From contig CAKOMC010000028.1 of assembly GCA_934096535.1 (NCBI GenBank), positions 1-18,068 on the forward strand: 18,068 nucleotides of DNA, written 5' to 3'. The number at the start of each line of letters is the position of its first letter. Position 1 is the stretch's first letter. This stretch comes from an uncultured Bacilli bacterium (lineage in GTDB: Bacteria; Bacillota_I; Bacilli_A; RF39; UBA660). Positions 1-4,967 of this stretch are shown piece after piece. Below the pieces are notes generated by a model, which saw nothing but the letters and a program-made list of their open reading frames with translations, was not told the DNA's origin and searched no databases. The position numbers and the translations under genes were made by a program.

Positions 1-195
1 GATGTTATCGCTGTTAAAGAACAATCTTTAGACCATCCTGCTATTAAAGCTGCTGTTGAAGCTACTTTAAATAGACCAGCTTATGTTGAATTTGATGCTA
101 ATAAGTTAACTGGAAAATATCTTCGTTTCCCTGATAGAAGTGAATTAAATCCTGATATTAATGAAGCATTAATCGTTGAATACTACAACAGATAA
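1..195 (+). CDS. rpsD: 30S ribosomal protein S4, C-terminal part (5' end outside window)
   Basis: Frame 1 translates to [64 protein letters not shown]. This matches the conserved S4 C-terminus (..KLTG.....P.RSEL...INEALIVE[FY]Y.R). TAA stop at 193..195. Confidence 0.8.
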   Translation, partial: DVIAVKEQSLDHPAIKAAVEATLNRPAYVEFDANKLTGKYLRFPDRSELNPDINEALIVEYYNR

Positions 196-197
196 TA

Positions 198-226
198 AAA
201 AGTCTCCAAAGTGAGGCTTTTTATTT
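198..226 (+). terminator. Rho-independent terminator after rpsD
   Basis: Stem AAAGTCTC (198..206) / GAGGCTTT (213..221) with one G-U pair, running into a T-rich tract. It lies 3 nt after the rpsD stop. Confidence 0.45.
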
Positions 227-455
227 AACTTTTAAAAATCTGAAAAGATCACTTTCGGATTTTTAAGCAATATAGTTTATAATCATTAAAACTAGTCTAA
301 TGATATCTATATTATATATTTAGGTAAATTGCCAAGGACTAACCTTGTTTCCAATCTATAATAGATTATTTTCTTAAAAGAAAATTACTTCTTATATTAA
401 TAGTCGTAACCATTAATCACTAGTGGCATAAATCTAAATCTATCTTAGTAGGAAT

Positions 456-568
456 CTGGGCGGGCACCAAAAGTGTTATCCACATTGTTCCAAGGGTTCA
501 GATAACCAGCGCTATTCTGATTCCACTCACGAGCATTGCCGTTCGTCGCATCAAAGTTAGAAGGGGAC
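456..568 (-). repeat. DGR template repeat TR1 (113 nt)
   Basis: The - strand reads SPSNFDATNGNAREWNQNSAGYLNPWNNVDNTFGARP in the VR frame. It starts GTCCCCTTCTAAC and ends GGTGCCCGCCCAG like the VR, then continues into the TR-type flank ATTCCTACTAAG. Unit signals: TATAAT (- strand) at 632..637; hairpin 239..259 followed by a T-run. Confidence 0.75.
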
Positions 569-881
569 CAAGAGCAAGGCAAGTAAATAGCAACATAAAA
601 AGGTTAATCCTAGAGCCTATGCTCCATCCTCATTATAAGCTATTTTTTTATAATTTAAAATACTTCCCTATCACTAATTTTGATAAGGAAGTAAATAATA
701 CAGTATCTAACTATTAAATCTCGTCTAACAGTATCTATATTTTATCTTCTGACATAGTCATGGTAATATCTTGTTTCCAATCTATAATAGATTATTTTCC
801 TAAAAGAAAATTACTTCTTATATTAATAGCCGTAGCCATTAATCATTAGTGGCATAAATCTAAATCTATCTTAGTAGGAAT

Positions 882-994
882 CTGGGCGGGCACCAAGACC
901 GTTAGCCACATTCCAGTTGTTAGTCAGATAGCCAGCGCTATTCTGATTCCACTCACGAGCATCGCCCCATGTCGCATCAAAGTTAGAAGGGGGG
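882..994 (-). repeat. DGR template repeat TR2 (113 nt)
   Basis: The - strand reads PPSNFDATWGDAREWNQNSAGYLTNNWNVANGLGARP. The 5' end carries a C7 run (G7 on +, 989..995) instead of GTCCCC. It has the same GGTGCCCGCCCAG end and TR-type flank. Unit signals: TGGTAATAT (- strand) at 1023..1031, the least certain promoter of the seven; hairpin 662..692 (12 bp, one G-U on the - strand). Confidence 0.7.
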
Positions 995-1384
995 GAGAAA
1001 AATCTTGGACATGAATGTAAGGATATTACCAAGAATCTTAAAATATTTTACTCACAAATGCAAATTAACTATATTTTTTAGGCTGTATAACGATAATTTT
1101 TTACTACCACAATAAATATTTTAATATTCCAATAACATTATAATATATTTTTTAAAATAAAACACTCCCCTATTAATATTTTTAATAGAAAAGTGCAACA
1201 ATATAGTTTATAATCGCTAAATCATGTTCAGTGATATCTATACTTTATCTTTAGGATACCCTAGGATAAGCCTTGTTTCCAATCTATAAATAGATTATTT
1301 TCTTTAAAGAAAATTACTTCTTATATTAATAGCCGTAACCATTAATCATTAGTGTCATAAATCTAAATCTATCTTAGTAGGAAG

Positions 1385-1494
1385 CTGGGCGGGCACCAAG
1401 AGTGTTGTTAACACCCCAATTGCTCAAGTAGCCAGCGCTATTCTGCATCCACTCATTAGCATTGCCGTTCGTCGCATTAAAGTTAGAAGGGGAC
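1385..1494 (-). repeat. DGR template repeat TR3 (110 nt, one codon shorter)
   Basis: The - strand reads SPSNFNATNGNANEWMQNSAGYLSNWGVNNTLGARP. There are 9 rather than 10 codons between GYL and GARP. The flank after CCCAG is CTTCC rather than ATTCC. Unit signals: extended -10 TGATATAAT (- strand) at 1571..1579; hairpin 1163..1195 (14 bp with three G-U pairs, pairing only on the - strand) plus a T-run. Confidence 0.75.
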
Positions 1495-1809
1495 AAACGG
1501 TAAAACCAGTAAGGCCAATCAATCATTAATAGACTTACCCCGAGATTACAAACTTTTGTAACTCTTCTTGATTATATCATAACTTGTAAAAAAAATAAAA
1601 GAACCACCTAGTAGGTGGCAGCAGCATAGTATCTAACTATTAAATCTCGTCTAACAGTATCTATACCATATATTTAGGTTAATACCTAGGCTACACCTTG
1701 TTTCCAATCTATAAATAGATTATTTCCTTTAAAGAAAATTACTTCTTATATTAATAGCCGTAACCATTAATCACTAGTGTCATAAATCTAAATCTATCTT
1801 AGTAGGAAT

Positions 1810-1922
1810 CTGGGCGGGCACCAATACTGTTGTTAACACCCCACCAGTTGTTGAGATAACCAGCGCTATTCTGATTCCACTCATTAGCAGCGCCGTTCGT
1901 CGCATTAAAGTTAGAAGGGGAC
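1810..1922 (-). repeat. DGR template repeat TR4 (113 nt), cognate template of the current VR
   Basis: The - strand reads SPSNFNATNGAANEWNQNSAGYLNNWWGVNNSIGARP (10 AAY codons). It aligns without gaps to VR 5043..5155 with 11 mismatches, all at adenines of the TR. Unit signals: TATAAT (- strand) at 1994..1999; hairpin CCACCT-AGT-AGGTGG at 1604..1618 followed on the - strand by TTCTTTTATTTTTTTT. Confidence 0.9.
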
Positions 1923-2249
1923 AAAGTAGTACGCTGAAAAAACAATAAGGATTTAGATGTAGCCTAAAGGCTTTATGCCTTCTTCTAAATTATATTATAA
2001 CTTCACGGTTTTTAAAACAAATATTTTCTAATAATCAAAAAGCTCTCCGAAGAGAGCAACCAACATAGTATCTAATTATTAAATCATGTCTAATAATATC
2101 TATGCTATTTATTTAGGAATAAATTCCAAGAAAAAACCTTGTTTCCAATCTATAATAGACCATTTTCTTAAAAGAAAATTACTTCTTATATTAATAGCCG
2201 TAGCCATTAATCACTAGTGTCATAAATCTAAATCTATCTTAGTAGGAAT

Positions 2250-2362
2250 CTGGGCGGGCACCATACCAGTCAGTAACCCAAGTCCATTGATTAAGATAAC
2301 CAGCGCTATTCTGTATCCACTCATTAGCAGCGCCGTTCGTCGCATCAAAGTTAGAAGGGGAC
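2250..2362 (-). repeat. DGR template repeat TR5 (113 nt)
   Basis: The - strand reads SPSNFDATNGAANEWIQNSAGYLNQWTWVTDWYGARP. An in-frame TAG lies immediately upstream. Unit signals: TATAAT (- strand) at 2416..2421; hairpin GCTCTC-CGAA-GAGAGC at 2042..2057 followed on the - strand by TTTTT. Confidence 0.75.
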
Positions 2363-2655
2363 TAATAATCCCGTAGTTCTGTAGGCTTTCTCTAGAGCAC
2401 TTTTGCTCTACTTCTATTATAGTACATTTTTGATTATTTAAAACCACCTTAATCGGTGGTTAAAATTTAGTATAGTTAATAATTATTAAATCATGTCTAA
2501 TAATATCTATACTATTTATTTAGGAATATTTCCAAGAAAAAGCCTTGTTTCCAATCTATAATAGATTATTTTCTTAAAAGAAAATTACTTCTTATATTAA
2601 TAGTCGTAGCCATTAATCATTAGTGTCATAAATCTAAATCTATCGTAGTAGGAAT

Positions 2656-2768
2656 CTGGGCGGGCACCAAAAGTATCATGTATCCAAGCCCAAGGATTGA
2701 GATTGCCAGCGCTATTCTGATTCCACTCATTAGCAACGCCGTTTGTCGCATCAAAGTTAGAAGGGGAC
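2656..2768 (-). repeat. DGR template repeat TR6 (113 nt)
   Basis: The - strand reads SPSNFDATNGVANEWNQNSAGNLNPWAWIHDTFGARP. Unit signals: TATAAT (- strand) at 2822..2827; hairpin AACCACC / GGTGGTT at 2442..2461. Confidence 0.75.
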
Positions 2769-3073
2769 CAAAAGTAGCTCCTTGGTTTTGTAGACTTTCT
2801 CTAGAGCTCTGCTCCACTTCTATTATAATACAGTTTTATAATTTATATTATTTAAATTTTAAAAGACTCTCCGTAGAAAGTCTTAGCAACATAGTTTCCA
2901 ACTAATAAATCATGTCTAATAGTATCTATGCTATATCTTTAGGCAAATTGCCATGGTTAAACCTTGTTTCCAATCTATAATAGATTATTTTCTTAAAGAA
3001 AATTACTTCTTATATTAATAGTCGTAGCCATTAATCATTAGTGTCATAAATCTAAATCTATCTTAGTAGGAAT

Positions 3074-3186
3074 CTGGGCGGGCACCAAGACTGTTAGTAA
3101 CGTCCCACCAAGTATTGAGGTTGCCAGCGCTATTCTGATTCCACTCATTAGCATTGCCCCATGTCGCATCAAAGTTAGAAGGGGAC
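3074..3186 (-). repeat. DGR template repeat TR7 (113 nt)
   Basis: The - strand reads SPSNFDATWGNANEWNQNSAGNLNTWWDVTNSLGARP. Unit signals: TATAAT (- strand) at 3257..3262; hairpin 2864..2883 (8 bp, one G-U on the - strand) followed by a T-rich tract. Confidence 0.75.
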
Positions 3187-3323
3187 TGGATAAGGCGCTG
3201 TAACAGACAATGAAGGTTTTAGGTAAAACCAGAAGACCAAATAGCCTTCGTTTAAAATTATAATATAAATAATTGAAGCTTAAAATACCTCACCTACTCT
3301 TGCTAATTATTTAGTCTAAATAG

Positions 3324-3427
3324 TGTCAAAAAAATGTCAAATTTAGAAAAAGTTTGGCATTTTTTAAATTTTTGAAGGAAATTAGACTTCACTTACCAAT
3401 ATATATAATTAGGAGAGTAAATAATAA
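3324..3427. repeat. Left arm of inverted repeat: conserved 5' region of the Rpn-like genes
   Basis: TGTCAAAAAAATGTCAAATTTAGAAAAAGTTTGGCATTTTTTA..AATTTTTGAAGGAAATTAGACTTCACTTACCAATATATATAATTAGGAGAGTAAATAATAA matches the reverse complement of 10501..10617 almost base for base, apart from a ~9-nt indel. It contains a TGTCAAA direct repeat and TATAAT-like boxes. Confidence 0.85.
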
Positions 3428-3499
3428 CTCTCTTAAGAAACGGAGGTGAATCTATGAGAAATTTTGCCAAAAGCAATATGGAAAAGGAAGTGATGATTA

Positions 3500-4435
3500 A
3501 TGAAAAGCAAGAAAGAAATCCAAAGAACATTAAAAGAAAATAAAGGTGCCGATTTTGTTCTACCGATGACTTGGGATGTAATGTTCGAGCAAATGTTTAT
3601 TTCTGAGGAAGCCATGCCCTTACTTGAGTGTATTATTTCAATATTCGGTAATGTCGATATAAAAGATGTTAAAGGTAAAGTTAGATTATTACCAAACGAA
3701 TTAAAACAAACATCGGCAAAAGATACGAGGAGTAAAAGCGATATAATTGCTGATTATTTTAAAGACGAAAAAAATATTGATAAGTATATTGTGGAAATGA
3801 ATTCATCAAGGAAGATGCCTTGGCATAATGTTTTCTATGCTTATAAAGTAGCTGGTGGCGGTATTTCTATTAATGATGATAAATATGTTAAGGCTTACGA
3901 CACTATCTTAATTGATTTTAACACATTTGCGGATAGCGAAAATGACTTGGTAGAAATGATCACTATGCGTTACAAAACTTGTAAAATCTTTGATGATAGT
4001 ACTAAAATATTCGAAGTAAATATGGCAAAAGCAAAAGATATGAGTTATAATTATGTCGATAAACAAGAAGAACAAGTAGCCATAATTAGTAGAATGTTTA
4101 TGACTACAAGTTCACTTGAGTTGGATAAGGAGTCAGATAAGCTTATGAGTAAAAAAGATACAGAAAAATTAGTTAGTCGTGCCAAAGAATTATCGAGTGA
4201 TGATGGTTATATTAGACTTTTTGATGAAGAAGAAAACTATAAGGAGCTAATTCGTAATACCGAGTTAGCAGAAGCTCATGAAAAAGGTAAATTAGAAGGC
4301 AAGTTAGAAGGCTCTGAAGAAAGAGCATTAGAAATTGCTAAAAAGTGTTTAGAAAAAAACATGAATATTGATACAATTGCAGAACTTACTAGCTTATCAG
4401 TTAAGGAAATTGAAGCTTTAAAGAAAGAAGCTTAA
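3500..4435 (+). CDS. PD-(D/E)XK nuclease-family putative transposase (Rpn / PDDEXK_2-like), left copy
   Basis: 311-aa ORF. Its N-terminal WDVMFEQMF...SKSDIIADY...KYIVEMNSS pattern fits the D...(D/E)xK-type core of this family. The C-terminal EKGKLEGKLEG..ALEIAKKCLEKNMNIDTIAELTSLSVKEIEAL tail is typical of Rpn/YhgA-like proteins. It is a paralogue of 9466..10440. The assignment comes from remembered family patterns and has not been checked by a search. Confidence 0.6.
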   Translation: MKSKKEIQRTLKENKGADFVLPMTWDVMFEQMFISEEAMPLLECIISIFGNVDIKDVKGKVRLLPNELKQTSAKDTRSKSDIIADYFKDEKNIDKYIVEMNSSRKMPWHNVFYAYKVAGGGISINDDKYVKAYDTILIDFNTFADSENDLVEMITMRYKTCKIFDDSTKIFEVNMAKAKDMSYNYVDKQEEQVAIISRMFMTTSSLELDKESDKLMSKKDTEKLVSRAKELSSDDGYIRLFDEEENYKELIRNTELAEAHEKGKLEGKLEGSEERALEIAKKCLEKNMNIDTIAELTSLSVKEIEALKKEA

Positions 4436-4478
4436 TAAATAGTTATTTTACAACTTATACCATGCACACCATACCATG

Positions 4479-4789
4479 ACAAAGGGGCTGAGTGGAAATG
4501 AATAATTTCTACTTGGCTTCTTTTTTTAAACTTTAAAATCCGAAAAAGCCCCAGAAAACAACTTCTGGAACCATATATGATACAATCTAATTAACAAAAT
4601 AAGATATATTTCACAAATAAATTTAAGATAAAAACAACCATTTTAATATTATCCTCACATAAAAGAAGTGAGGAAGTAGTCCAAAATTTGAATTTTAATG
4701 AAAGTGTTTTAAATTAACTACTTCAGTTATGCTAAATAAAATAATTAAGTCAATAAAATCGATTTTTTATTTCCACTCAGCCCCTTTGT
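4479..4789. repeat. Perfect 21-bp inverted repeats flanking a 269-bp AT-rich segment
   Basis: ACAAAGGGGCTGAGTGGAAAT (4479..4499) is the exact reverse complement of ATTTCCACTCAGCCCCTTTGT (4769..4789). The enclosed segment has an extended -10 TGATACAAT on + (4578..4586) and small hairpins, and no ORF. Confidence 0.8.
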
Positions 4790-4901
4790 TTTAAAAGGCT
4801 CTGCCGTTTTGCTTTTTGTAGAAGCAAAACGGCAGTCCATCTCCATCAAGTACCTGCCAAGCATATTGTTTTATTTGTACTTCTCTACCCTGTTTGTTCT
4901 T

Positions 4902-4940
4902 AAAAAAAAGGCGTCCCCAAATGATGAGTCATTTGGGGAC
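4902..4940 (-). terminator. Rho-independent terminator of the DGR target gene
   Basis: 12-bp stem GTCCCCAAATGA (4913..4924) / TCATTTGGGGAC (4929..4940) with a 4-nt loop, followed on the - strand by GCCTTTTTTTT. It lies 28 nt after the stop of 4968..6995. Confidence 0.85.
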
Positions 4941-4967
4941 TAATTTGGTTTACTTCTCATTACTTTT

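Larger units (their letters stand above)
232..3262 (-). other. Tandem array of seven DGR template-RNA units (TR1-TR7)
   Basis: Seven direct repeats with a period of ~420-440 bp. Read on the - strand, each unit has a -10-like box, a 20-70 nt non-conserved leader with a small hairpin, and a TR core homologous to the target VR. This is followed by a ~180-nt conserved module (the ~113 nt next to the TR are nearly identical in all copies), then a stem-loop plus T-run. None is a gene. The VR-homologous frame stops right after the TR (GARPDSY*, or GARPASY* in TR3), is closed upstream by in-frame stops (checked for TR1, 4, 5, 6), and has no start codon or RBS. Confidence 0.85.

Noticed and set aside
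214-250. Short similarity between 214..250 (GGCTTTTTATTTAACTTTTAAAAATCTGAAAAG) and 4516..4549 (GGCTTCTTTTTTTAAACTTTAAAATCCGAAAAAG), which might mark a duplicated junction of the island
   Set aside because: It is only ~33 nt, AT-rich and imperfect. It could be convergent terminator-like sequence, and I cannot distinguish it from chance without genome-wide statistics.
2220-2905. ORF-track entries 2220..2447 (-), 2626..2817 (-) and 2678..2905 (+) crossing TR5/TR6
   Set aside because: They read the TRs out of the VR frame or on the opposite strand. They occur in only two of the seven units, lack RBSs, and give low-complexity products. They are by-products of the stop-poor, relatively GC-rich TR core.
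420-3190. The seven cassettes might be 3' remnants of pseudogenised target paralogues (orphan VRs) rather than templates
   Set aside because: All seven share a 3' flank that differs from the VR flank right after GGTGCCCGCCCAG. All are AAY-rich, as templates are. TR4 relates to the VR by A-only changes in the TR-to-VR direction. Each also has promoter and terminator signals. Some leaders keep faint in-frame echoes of the target (TR6 ..SYFW-SPSNFD versus target ..HYWTMSPSNFD), so an evolutionary origin from duplicated VR ends remains possible. A silent gene-conversion-donor role cannot be fully excluded from sequence alone.
232-3262. The regularly spaced repeat array might be a CRISPR array
   Set aside because: The repeat period is ~420-440 bp, with ~300 bp conserved per unit, whereas CRISPR arrays have 25-40-bp repeats and similar-sized spacers. 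No cas genes are present. The repeat core is an in-frame homologue of the target-gene VR.
3433-3615. 60-aa ORF on - overlapping the start of the left Rpn-like gene; likewise 10202..10405 (+), 10709..10975 (-), 10851..11069 (+) and 12586..12798 (+)
   Set aside because: These are shadow ORFs lying entirely inside or antisense to longer, motif-supported genes. They have no RBS and their products are low in complexity.
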